Source: Haliotis cracherodii
Taxonomy: Eukaryota
Direction of reading: 5' to 3'
NCBI RefSeq assembly: GCF_022045235.1
Contig: NW_027266264.1
Coordinates: 22,196,001-22,259,866, forward strand
Length of the DNA stretch: 63,866 bases
Under the pieces are notes generated by a model. The model had not been told where the DNA came from, made no database searches, and saw nothing but the letters and a program-made list of their open reading frames with translations. Shown one piece after another: positions 1-36,460 of this stretch (its first letter is position 1; each line of letters starts with the position of its first letter). Made by a program: the position numbers and the translations under genes.

Positions 1-92
1 AACCAAGGCTGTCAGGAGTTTTCGAGGAACCAATCAAATAACAGTATTGCCTGTCTCCTCGCACCTGCGATCGACGGAAACTGAACGTAAAA

Positions 93-24380
<24,288 letters not shown>

Positions 24381-25154
24381 AGCAACAGATATAAGAGTTA
24401 CCCCCCCTTGCTGTATAGGAATACCTACATCAACGTTTTTACTTACCCACGAACTATTATATTTTGTCCTTTCCTTCAACAAAAGAGGATATGGAAGAAT
24501 CAGCAATATGATTAAGTTGTTTTGTGCAGATAATTGTGCATTTTTATGGAGGAGAAAACAAAATGGCCACTGTTGGCTTGTAATTTTCAGTTGTGACACT
24601 CAAGATTGCCTTTGCCAAGATTTGATCCTCGTCTCAGCTGTACAGTATTCAGTGTACAGTACTGTCCAATCTCCAGGCTGAAACTAGGCCTTGTATCCTG
24701 GTGGCCATGTGTGAGTGTCAGCTGCCATGGTCCAGGGCATCTTAACATGTGTTATAAAACAGGGCAACATCCATCAAAGGACATACCAGTCGCTTCATCT
24801 GTAAATATGCTTAACATTCACCTGTAAATACATGTTTTGATCAACTGAAAATTTAACTTGCCTTGTCAAATATCTATTTGTTTTCCTCTGTAACTGTTCT
24901 AGTTCAGGGTACAAGGTAGGGATGTCTTGTAACATGTGTATTGGTCCTTCTGTGCCCATACTGTGTGATCACCAAACATAACATTTACCACGATCACATC
25001 CTTGAGAAAATGTCCGACCATCTTGCATCTGGCAAGTATGTGTCAACTTGGATGATTTGGACATCCGCAGTATGTTTAACATATACCATCACATTCTGTT
25101 AACTGTTGTTTTGTTGGTGACTGCAATCCATGTAAATATTCATGTATACAAATG

Positions 25155-25160
25155 AATAAA
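25155..25160 (+). promoter_or_regulatory. Candidate polyadenylation signal of PRPF6
   Basis: AATAAA ~775 nt after the stop codon, preceded by TGTA motifs and followed by GT/T-rich sequence. Confidence 0.5.
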
Positions 25161-25717
25161 TTTGTAACAAAATTCAACCCGACTGTTCCCTGTCAGCATC
25201 ATCTGCTCATTTGTCCAGTTGTTGTTTTCAGAATGGGTTCATAACCTCCCCATACCTAGCACAGCAGCCAACTATACTACTCAAAGTTTGCTAAGGATCA
25301 AATTTTGATGATAGCAAAAAATCATCCAACAAATAAAGATTGAAATATATCTGTATGCAATGATTGGGTAGCTCCTGTAGAACCTCAATTTGATGATGAA
25401 GGGTCAAAGAAATACGCGTCATTAGCATGATCTGCATGGGGTGCTTGAAGATCTGTGTTTGGATGTATCATGTCAGAATCGTTACAAATCATTATCAGAT
25501 AGAACAACAACATTTGCTATTAAGGATTGCTACAACCGAATGCATATATGCCTCCTCAATGTCAAAGAGGTTGTTTGATGACTGAAGAATTAGGCAGATG
25601 CATAGGCATGCTTGAACGTCACGTCACGTTGCAAAAGTCTTTGGTGTCAGCCAAAGTGTGATCAGAAGGGCATAGAATCTACACCAGACGTTTGGGTAAG
25701 CTACCCAGCGACATGTA

Positions 25718-25985
25718 CCGTATTTCCTCTATTAGACGCCGGGACTCTAATAGAAGCCGGGACTCTAATAGAAGCCGGGTCAATTGTTCAGTGCAAAAAA
25801 TAGAAGCCGGGCCTCTAATAGACTCCGGGTCGATCAATTGATACAATTAATGATCCCTTTTGGGGACCTAAATTCGTGGTCATAGTGAAATGGGGGTATT
25901 AATAGAAGCCGGGCCTCTAACTGACGCCGGGTCAAAGGCTTGCCGGAATAAATAGAAGCCCAGGCGTCTAAAAGAGGAAATACGG
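25718..25985. mobile_element. Tc1/mariner-pogo-type MITE with subterminal repeats
   Basis: TA|CCGTATTTCCTCTATTAGACGCC ... GGCGTCTAAAAGAGGAAATACGG|TA; internal aatagaagccggg repeats. Confidence 0.85.
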
Positions 25986-27285
25986 TAGGTGGTCGACAGC
26001 GTTCCACCACACAGGTGTGTGGGAAGTCGGTGTCAGGCTGTGATCGAATCAGGTGGGTCACATTTGTTCCACTGAGAGTTTGGGTTTTTTTTTACAATGA
26101 ATTTGTTTTCGTTATTTTTTCATTTTTTATTTTGGTCATATACTCTCATTTTCACAGTGATCTGACTGATTGTTGGTCAGATGTTTGTTGGCATTGTGTG
26201 ACACCTGACAAAGGACTTTTGTTAATTTAACATGTCTTCAAGCAATATTGTCTTTGGCTATTTCAACAGATGCACACAATTTGAGCATTACCTTTTAAAG
26301 TGGTGATCCTAAGCAAATTCTGAGTAGTATATTAGGCAGTGGTAGACACCATTGGTCATATTCTACTTGTCCACTGCTCATTTCTAGACTAGTATATGTA
26401 AGATAACATTTTATTAACAAAACAATTCCCTCTTAATTTTCACTAGTATGGGACTAACACTAGTGGATGTGTCTAACCCTGTTATGAGGATCGGTTGGCT
26501 TAAATGTAAGTGTGTCGTCATGTTGTTCAGACCATCAACCACTCACTTGATTGCCTTTCAGTGCCTCCTGATACAACTGGAATATTGCTCCCTGCTACCT
26601 AAACTAAAAAACACTCATGGTGTTTGCTAGATATAGAACTTCAGTCTTACGTTGGTGTTTCTTCTTTTCACAATTACTTTGTGGTGGCCCAGTCGTCTAA
26701 GGCACCGCGATTCGCTGTGCAGAGTTGCGTCCCTTGGGCACGCTGGAAACCGATGATTGTGGGTTCGAATCCCGGTTCGCCCCGATTATGTTTCTAGGTT
26801 TGTCAGCACCATACACCGTGTTCGTGGTTTTCACCTGTGGAGACCTGCATCATTTCGGGCTTTCCTCCCACATTTAGCTTACACGCCGTGATATAACTGG
26901 AATACTGTTAAAAGCGGCGTTAAACCCAATTATGAGTCGAATGTCTTTGGCCGTGCCAGAAACCTGTGATTGTAGGTCCAAACTGATTCGTCCTGATTTT
27001 GACTGCACCATTCCCCGCTGGTTGTTTTCACCAAAGTGGTAAATTTGGGCTTTCCTCCCACATTCAGCTGACACGCTTTGATATGACTAATGTTCGAAAC
27101 GGCGTTAAATCCAAACTCACCCACACACTTTTTACCTGCTCAGCTGGTTGTTCACTGAGTTGATATGGGACATGATGTTTGTGGTCCAATACTTCGAGAT
27201 TAATCTTAGCTTCTGTTATATTTATGTTTGGACACTCACCTCAGTAATTTTGATTGATCGTTGTAACATGTCATCAGATTCCAGA

Positions 27286-27448
27286 GGGCAGTTGGGTAGC
27301 CGAGTGGTTAAAGCGTTCGTCCGTCCCGCCGATGACCCGGGTTCGATCACTGACATGGGAACAATGTGCGAAGCCCATTTCCGGTGTTCCCCGCCGTGAT
27401 ATTGCTGGAATATTGCTAAAAGCGCCGTAAAACTATACTCACTTACTC
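27286..27448 (+). mobile_element. SINE family A copy
   Basis: A/B boxes and the shared gatattgctggaatattgct tail. Confidence 0.8.
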
Positions 27449-28108
27449 AATAAATTCTAGTGTAAAGCGGCGCTAAGACAATAAGAAAGCCGATTTTTGG
27501 ATATGTTCACGTCCGGGGTCTGTGTGATTCTGCTAGATACTTCCAGAGCAAGTTGCTCCAGATGTTTACCCTAGAGCCAATTCACGATTGTTGGGTTTAC
27601 CGCTATTTTAGATGCAACCAGAAGACCCTAACGACATTGTGGAATCAAGGTCAATCACGCGGCGCCAAGACTATTAAATACACGTGGTCCTCCAGGGATG
27701 TCTGGTTCAGCTTGATCTCTGGGTGCTGCTCTCGGACCAGACAATTGGACGTTTCATGATAGTGGTCTTTGATTAAGATGAGTGCTAGTGGAGACAGGTT
27801 ATTATTAAGGTTCCGTACCTCATGAAAAGTTGCGCGGAATACGAAAACATTTGTACATAGCGGAGACGCCTTTAAGGAATTCTTTTAAATGTTTTCAAGT
27901 TGAAGACATGTAACTCTTTGGTTGTAAGCTAAGTTGAAATGTCCATTCTTTCAAACCTGCAAGAAGGCCCTGGTTATCGATGGCACAGTAACCTGTATAC
28001 AGTTAACATCAACAACTGCTCGCAAAATAACGTCAGCTGGGCATTACCAGACGATTATACTTCATGTTACCCTGCCTTGCGCTCGGCATTCATGGGATAA
28101 ACTCCGCA

Positions 28109-28445
28109 GACCGCCTCCGTGGTCTAGTGGTACAGCGTCCGCCCGGAAGGTCCAGGGTTCGATCCCCGGCCGCGTCATACCAAAAGACGTTAAAAGATGA
28201 TACTTGTTGTTACCCTGTCTGGCGCTCGGCATTAAGGGGCTAAAACAAGGACTGGTGGGCTCGGAGTCAGTATACTGTGTCTGAGTGGTATCCATGTTAT
28301 AACTGCGGCATGGTATCTCGGTGATATAAAAGCGGTCTTAGTGCAAGCAGCAGCCCGCCCCCCTCCCCCAACACACACACACACACGCGCGCGCGTGCAA
28401 GCACGTCGCTTTGTAAGTGCAATAATCGTGAACGCGACGGTTACC
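28109..28445 (+). mobile_element. SINE family C copy
   Basis: near-identical to 48563-48894 apart from small deletions. Confidence 0.8.
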
Positions 28446-30051
28446 CTGTCTTTCATATTCACAATGAAGACGTAAGCTCTAAGTTCTTATTTAACAATTA
28501 CGTCTATCGTTTGCTATAGCGTACTTAAGTGATCTTGACATATTGACCGAGGCGTTATCATCGAAATAAGATATCTCCGTATTAAGCATGTAGCTCCCAA
28601 TTTGTTTCAAGCAGATCCACGTCTACTATATTCTCCTGTCTCTCCAAGCATCAATACACTTCGCCATCAAGACAGGCCCGAGTTGACCCTCCACTACTGA
28701 TAACATCTGCATCGACTATACATCCTGATACTAACGCAATTAACTGACGCACAACCTAAAACTCCGGTTCTTATCCTTCGTCAGGCACACCCTCCGCCCA
28801 ATCAAATACACATACATTTTCGTGTATTTAACACTATGGGCGTTGGTTCATTTTACAGTAGTAAGAAACTTCCTCATATCAAATGCTCGTAACTTATACA
28901 CCCCACTAAGCTATGACTGCAGTCAGGGCAAAGCCAAAGCCACTTACAACTGAAGACCGACAAGACCATCCTGTCGTGCAACTTCGTAGTGTACTGAAAT
29001 ACACTATCCGCACACAGTCCGTATAAACCATGCAGACAAACCGATTCCGAATGTAAAAAACTCACATGCCCCAAAATCCGATTATAAAATCCAAAATCTG
29101 TTCTTCACATGAACCGTTCGTTTTATCCGACTTTTTATGACTCCGTAACCGAATGGCTGTGTCTTCGACTCACACTTAGTCTGAAATGAGAATATTTTAC
29201 AGAAAAAACATTCTTAAATTATTCTAATAGAATATTATGAAAGGAGCCCAGTGATAATCTTAATTTTCAGAAATAAAACTACAGTAATCTAGACTTGCCA
29301 AATGTTATACGGGACGAATTGGATATCTTTGTTTTATGGTCTGTATGGCAGACAGGGTGAGGCTATGAGCGCCCTCCGCTTTCAGTCACCAATAGTCAAT
29401 CTAAGCTAGAAGTGTGACTATATTATATTATCTCCATCTGTCATATTATTCCCATGGTAAAAGGCATAATTTGGTTCTGTGACTGACCCTTAAATGTACC
29501 TCATTGGAATTTCTAGGTTAATCGACATGTTGCTCCTATAACACCAGTTATGTAGGACATTTCAAAGTAAACGATCTGCCTCGACCGCCAGATCATCTGC
29601 ACATGCCATGGCGGTAATACAACCACACATCGCCCTGACAAAACACCACACGCAGAACCACGCAACGAACGCCAGGGAAGCACGGACCTCCTTCACGGGC
29701 CCCACGGAGAACTGGTAACTCGGGTTAATGATGCGCGAGACTAGCAGGGAGGCAGAGCCGCCATCATGTCGCCCCAAAAGGACAGTCAGCACATCATATG
29801 TTATTTATAGACATCTGAAAAAATGAAGCGCCCAAAGTGATGTATCCCTACAAAATGTACTCCCTACAATTTTCTTACAAATTGTATGTTTTATTGATTA
29901 GGCGTTTTATACGAAGTGAAATACTCATATTGAGATACAGAAACCCAAATCGTGAATTGATTGTCTAATGACATGTTTGGTTACCCTAAAGACTAACGCC
30001 GTCATATAGCTGGAATATTGTTGAGTGCGGCGCTAAACAGCTAACAAACTT

Positions 30052-30417
30052 TAGACTAGCATTTAGTCCATGAAATCTTATATAACACAATACTCGTCTT
30101 GCCTCTAACGGGATCGGTTGGTCAGGCTCGCTGACTTGGTTGATACATGTCATCGATCCCAATTGCGTGGATCGATGCTCATGATATCAATCACTGGATT
30201 GTCTGGTCCAGACTTGATTATTTACAGACCGCCGTCATATAGCTGGAATATTGCTGTTGCGTTAAACAACAAACCAACCAACCAAAAATCCTGCCTCTAA
30301 GATTAAACAAATAATTTTCCTGATTCTGATTTCATAGAGCTGGCTAGACTTGTTTTTGTATATATATCTGGATTGGGTTTTTTTGTCATATGTATTCCGC
30401 AGTCATGGTGCAGGACC
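30052..30417 (+). mobile_element. Unclassified dispersed repeat (tagactaacatttagtc... family) split by a 5'-truncated SINE D
   Basis: related segments at ~56321-56509, 63390-63536(-), 57957-58140, 52193-52390, 29170-29355; the D insertion is flanked by tc(t/c)tgcctctaa. Confidence 0.6.
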
Positions 30418-31169
30418 AGTGACTCTTCTATGGCAATATTTATATTCTCGCTTCTTTGCATCCTATGATGCAGTGACCATGCGGCGGTACATACAGTGTT
30501 CTTGTGCAGACTCTTCATCAGGCAGCAGTGCCATATTTATTGTACACATTTATGAAAATGGCCAAGTGTCACTTTGAGATCATTCCGAAAGATACGCGGA
30601 TGTTCGGGATACATGGAAATACTGGAAGGCGCTAAATATGGTGAATATTTTGATGATTTCATCGACTCTAGTCATGTATATGTTTGACTATATTTCTTAT
30701 AAATACCCGTGAAGATCTGGGTTAGAAAAGGTCTTCAGCAACCCATGCTCGTCCAAAGAGGCGACGATGTTTGTCGTAAGAGGCGACGAAAGGGATCGGG
30801 TGGTCAGGCTTGCTGACTTGGTTGATGCATGTCATCGTATCCCAATTCTGTAGATCGATGCTTATGACGTCAATCACTTGATTGTCTGGTCCAGTCTCGA
30901 TTATCAACAGACCACCGTCACATAGCTGAAATACTGCTGAGAGTGGCGTGAAACAATAAACAAACTATCTTTCTTATCACCATATGAAACAAAGCACATC
31001 TCATTTTATTGCTTTCTACAAACACATTTGTCCACATCCCATTATCAGAGCCAACAAAGAGGCTTTCTCTATTACAAATGTAAACAAGACTGGCCGATAC
31101 GGGAATACAGCTTCAACAGCATATACAGACACGGCCATTTGCGATGAGGGTTCAACATCAACCGCGGGA

Positions 31170-34100
31170 TACAACACGAGCAGTACGGATACTGACAATC
31201 ACAGCAGGGCACCTGGGGGATACTGTATGAGCAGTACAGATACTGCCAATCACAGCAGGGCACCAGGGGGATACTCTATGAGCAGTACGGATACTGACAA
31301 TCACAGCAGGGTACCTGGGGGATACTCTATGAGCAGTACAGATACTGCCAATCACAGCAGGGCACCAGGGGGATACTGTATGAGCAGTACCGATACTGCC
31401 AATCACAGCAGGGCACCAGGGGGATACTGTATGAGCAGTACCGATACTGCCAATCACAGCAGGGCACCAGGGGGATACTGTATGAGCAGTACAGATACTG
31501 ACAATCACAGCAGGGCACCAGGGGGATACTGTATGAGCAGTACAAATACAACCAATCACAGCAGGGCACCAGGGGGATACTGTATGAGCAGTACCGATAC
31601 TGCCAACCACAGCAGGGCACCAGGGGGATACTCTATGAGCAGTACGGATACTGACAATCACAGCAGGGCACCAGGGGGATACTGTATGAGCAGTACGGAT
31701 ACTGACAATCACAGCAGGGCACCAGGGGGATACTGTATGAGCAGTACGGATACTGACAATCACAGCAGGGCACCAGGGGGATACTCTATGAGCAGTACGG
31801 ATACTGCCAATCACAGCAGGGCACCAGGGGGATTCTCTATGAGCAGTACGGATACTGACAATCACAGCTGGGTACCTGGGGGATACTCTATGAGCAGTAC
31901 AGATACTGCCAATCACAGCAGGGCACCAGGGGGATTCTCTATGAGCAGTACGGATACTGACAATCACAGCAGGGCACCAGGGGAATACTCTATGAGCAGT
32001 AAAGATACTGCCAATCACAGCAGGGCACCAGGGGGATACTCTATGAGCAGTACGGGTACTGACAATCACAGCAGGGTACCTGGGGGATACTGTATGAGCA
32101 GTACAGATACTGCCAATCACAGCAGGGCACCAGGGGGATACTCTATGAGCAGTACGGGTACTGACAATCACAGCAGGGTACCTGGGGGATACTCTATGAG
32201 CAGTACAGATACTGCCAATCACAGCAGGGCACCAGGGGGATACTCTATGAGCAGTACGGATACTGACAATCACAGCAGGGCACCAGGGGGATACTCTATG
32301 AGCAGTACCGATACTGCCAATCACACCAGGGCACCAGGGGGATACTCTATGAGCAGTACAGATACTGACAATCACAGCAGGGCACCAGGGGGATACTCTA
32401 TGAGCAGTACGGATACTGACAATCACAGCAGGGCACCAGGGGGATACTCTATGAGCAGTACCGATACTGACAATCACACCAGGGCACCAGGGGGATACTC
32501 TATGAGCAGTACGGATACTGTACATCACAGCAGGGCACCAGGGGGATACTCTATGAGCAGTACCGATACTGACAATCACAGCGGGGCACCAGGGGGATAC
32601 TCTATGAGCAATACGGATACTGACAATCACAGCAGGGCACCAGGGGGATACTCTATGAGCAATACGGATACTGACAATCACAGCAGGGCACCAGGGGGAT
32701 ACTCTATGAGCAGTACGGGTACTGCCAGCCACAGTGAATACCAGGGGTACACAGATACAACCAACCACAGCAAGGCACTAGGGATGCACCCCGAGCCGTA
32801 CAGATACAACCAATTACAGCAGGGCACCAGGGGTGCACCACGAGCTGTACAGATACGACCAACCACAGCAGGGCACCAGGGGTGTAACAAGAGACATACA
32901 GATACAACCAATCACAGGAGGGCACCAGGGGGATACTCTATGAGCAGTACAGGTACTGCCAATCACAGCAGGGCACCAGGGGGATACTGTGTGAGCAGTA
33001 CAGATACTGACAATCACAGCAGGGCACCAGGGGGATACTCTATGAGCAGTGCAGATACTGCCAATCACAGCAGGGCACCAGGGGGATACTCTATGACCAG
33101 TACAGATACTGACAATCACAGCAGGGCACCAGGGGGATACTCTATGAGCAGTACAGATACTGCCAACCACAGCAGGGCACCAGGGGGATACTCTATGAGC
33201 AGTACCGATACTGACAATCACAGCAGGGCACCAGGGGAATACTCTATGAGCAGTACGGATACTGCCAATCACAGCAGGGCACCAGGGGGATACTCTATGA
33301 GCAGTACAGATACTGCCAACCACAGCAGGGCACCAGGGGGATACTCTATGAGCAGTACCGATACTGACAATCACAGCAGGGTACCAGGGGGATACTCTAT
33401 GAGCAGTACCGATACTGACAATCACAGCAGGGCACCAGGGGGATACTGTATGAGCAGTACGGATACTGACAATCACAGCAGGGCACCAGGGGGATACTCT
33501 ATGAGCAGTACAGATACTGACAACCACAGCAGGGCACCAGGGGGATACTCTATGAGCAGTACAGATACTGACAATCACAGCAGGGCACCAGGGGGATACT
33601 CTATGAGCAGTACCGATACTGCCAATCACAGCGGGGCACCAGGGGGATACTCTATGAGCAGTACGGATACTGACAATCACAGCAGGGCACCGGGGGGATA
33701 CTCTATGAGCAGTACAGATACTGCCAATCACAGCTGTGTACCTGGGGGATACTCTATGAGCAGTACAGATACAACCAATCACAGCAGGGTACCAGGGGGA
33801 TACTCTATGAGCAGTACAGATACTGCCAATCACAGCTGTGTACCTGGGGGATACTCTATGAGCAGTACAGATACAACCAATCACAGCAGGGTACCAGGGG
33901 GATACTCTATGAGCAGTACCGATACTGACAATCACAGCAGGGCACCAGGGGGATACTCTATGAGCAGTACCGATACTGCCAATCACACCAGGGCACCAGG
34001 GGGATACTCTATGAGCAGTACAGATACTGACAATCACAGCAGGGCACCAGGGGGATACTCTATGAGCAGTACGGATACTGACAATCACAGCAGGGCACCA

Positions 34101-36460
34101 GGGGGATACTCTATGAGCAGTACCGATACTGACAATCACACCAGGGCACCAGGGGGATACTCTATGAGCAGTACGGATACTGTACATCACAGCAGGGCAC
34201 CAGGGGGATACTCTATGAGCAGTACCGATACTGACAATCACAGCGGGGCACCAGGGGGATACTCTATGAGCAATACGGATACTGACAATCACAGCAGGGC
34301 ACCAGGGGGATACTCTATGAGCAATACGGATACTGACAATCACAGCAGGGCACCAGGGGGATACTCTATGAGCAGTACGGGTACTGCCAGCCACAGTGAA
34401 TACCAGGGGTACACAGATACAACCAACCACAGCAAGGCACTAGGGATGCACCCCGAGCCGTACAGATACAACCAATTACAGCAGGGCACCAGGGGTGCAC
34501 CACGAGCTGTACAGATACGACCAACCACAGCAGGGCACCAGGGGTGTAACAAGAGACATACAGATACAACCAATCACAGGAGGGCACCAGGGGGATACTC
34601 TATGAGCAGTACAGGTACTGCCAATCACAGCAGGGCACCAGGGGGATACTGTGTGAGCAGTACAGATACTGACAATCACAGCAGGGCACCAGGGGGATAC
34701 TCTATGAGCAGTACAGATACTGCCAATCACAGCAGGGCACCAGGGGGATACTCTATGACCAGTACAGATACTGACAATCACAGCAGGGCACCAGGGGGAT
34801 ACTCTATGAGCAGTACAGATACTGCCAACCACAGCAGGGCACCAGGGGGATACTCTATGAGCAGTACCGATACTGACAATCACAGCAGGGCACCAGGGGA
34901 ATACTCTATGAGCAGTACGGATACTGCCAATCACAGCAGGGCACCAGGGGGATACTCTATGAGCAGTACAGATACTGCCAACCACAGCAGGGCACCAGGG
35001 GGATACTCTATGAGCAGTACCGATACTGACAATCACAGCAGGGTACCAGGGGGATACTCTATGAGCAGTACCGATACTGACAATCACAGCAGGGCACCAG
35101 GGGGATACTGTATGAGCAGTACGGATACTGACAATCACAGCAGGGCACCAGGGGGATACTCTATGAGCAGTACAGATACTGACAACCACAGCAGGGCACC
35201 AGGGGGATACTCTATGAGCAGTACAGATACTGACAATCACAGCAGGGCACCAGGGGGATACTCTATGAGCAGTACCGATACTGCCAATCACAGCGGGGCA
35301 CCAGGGGGATACTCTATGAGCAGTACGGATACTGACAATCACAGCAGGGCACCGGGGGGATACTCTATGAGCAGTACAGATACTGCCAATCACAGCTGTG
35401 TACCTGGGGGATACTCTATGAGCAGTACAGATACAACCAATCACAGCAGGGTACCAGGGGGATACTCTATGAGCAGTACAGATACTGCCAATCACAGCTG
35501 TGTACCTGGGGGATACTCTATGAGCAGTACAGATACAACCAATCACAGCAGGGTACCAGGGGGATACTCTATGAGCAGTACCGATACTGACAATCACAGC
35601 AGGGCACCAGGGGGATACTCTATGAGCAGTACAGATACTGACAATCACAGCAGGGCACCAGGGGGATACTCTATGAGCAGTACGGATACTGACAATCACA
35701 GCAGGGTACCAGGGGGATACTCTATGAGCAGTACCGATACTGACAATCACAGCAGGGCACCAGGGGGATACTCTATGAGCAGTACAGATACTGCCAATCA
35801 CAGCAGGGTACCTGGGGGATACTCTATGAGCAGTACAGATACTGCCAATCACAGCGGGGCACCATGGCGATACTCTATGAGCAGTACGGATACTGACAAT
35901 CACAGCAGGGCACCAGGGGGATACTCTATGAGCAGTACGGGTACTGCCAGCCACAGTGAATACCAGGGGTACACAGATACAACCAACCACAGCAAGGCAC
36001 TAGGGATGCACCCCGAGCCGTACAGATACAACCAATTACAGCAGGGCACCAGGGGTGCACCACGAGCTGTACAGATACGACCATCCACAGCAAGGCACTA
36101 GGGATGCACCCCGAGCCGTACAGATACAACCAACCACAGCAGGGCACCAGGGGTGTAACAAGAGACATACAGATACAACCAATCACAGGAGGGCACCAGG
36201 GGGATACTCTATGAGCAGTACAGATACAACACGAGCCGTACACATAAAACCAACCACAGATACGACCAACCACAGTAGGGCACCAGGGGTGCACCACGAG
36301 CCGTACAGATACAACCAACAAAAGCAGGGCACCAGGAGAATACAACATGACCATTACAGATACAACCAATCACAGCAGGGCAGCAGGGGTGTCCCAAGAG
36401 CCGTACAGATACAACCAATCACAGCCGGGCACCAGGGATGAAACACGAGCAGTACAAATG
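31170..36460. repeat. 51-bp minisatellite (~90 units) with higher-order ~1.66-kb duplication
   Basis: unit cacagcagggcaccagggggatactctatgagcagtacagatactgacaat; the same variant cassette recurs at ~32730, 34392 and 35952. Confidence 0.95.

Noticed and set aside
31158-35990. Three ~500-aa minus-strand ORFs (RVSPWCPAVI...)
   Set aside because: Antisense reading of the 51-bp array; no independent coding evidence.
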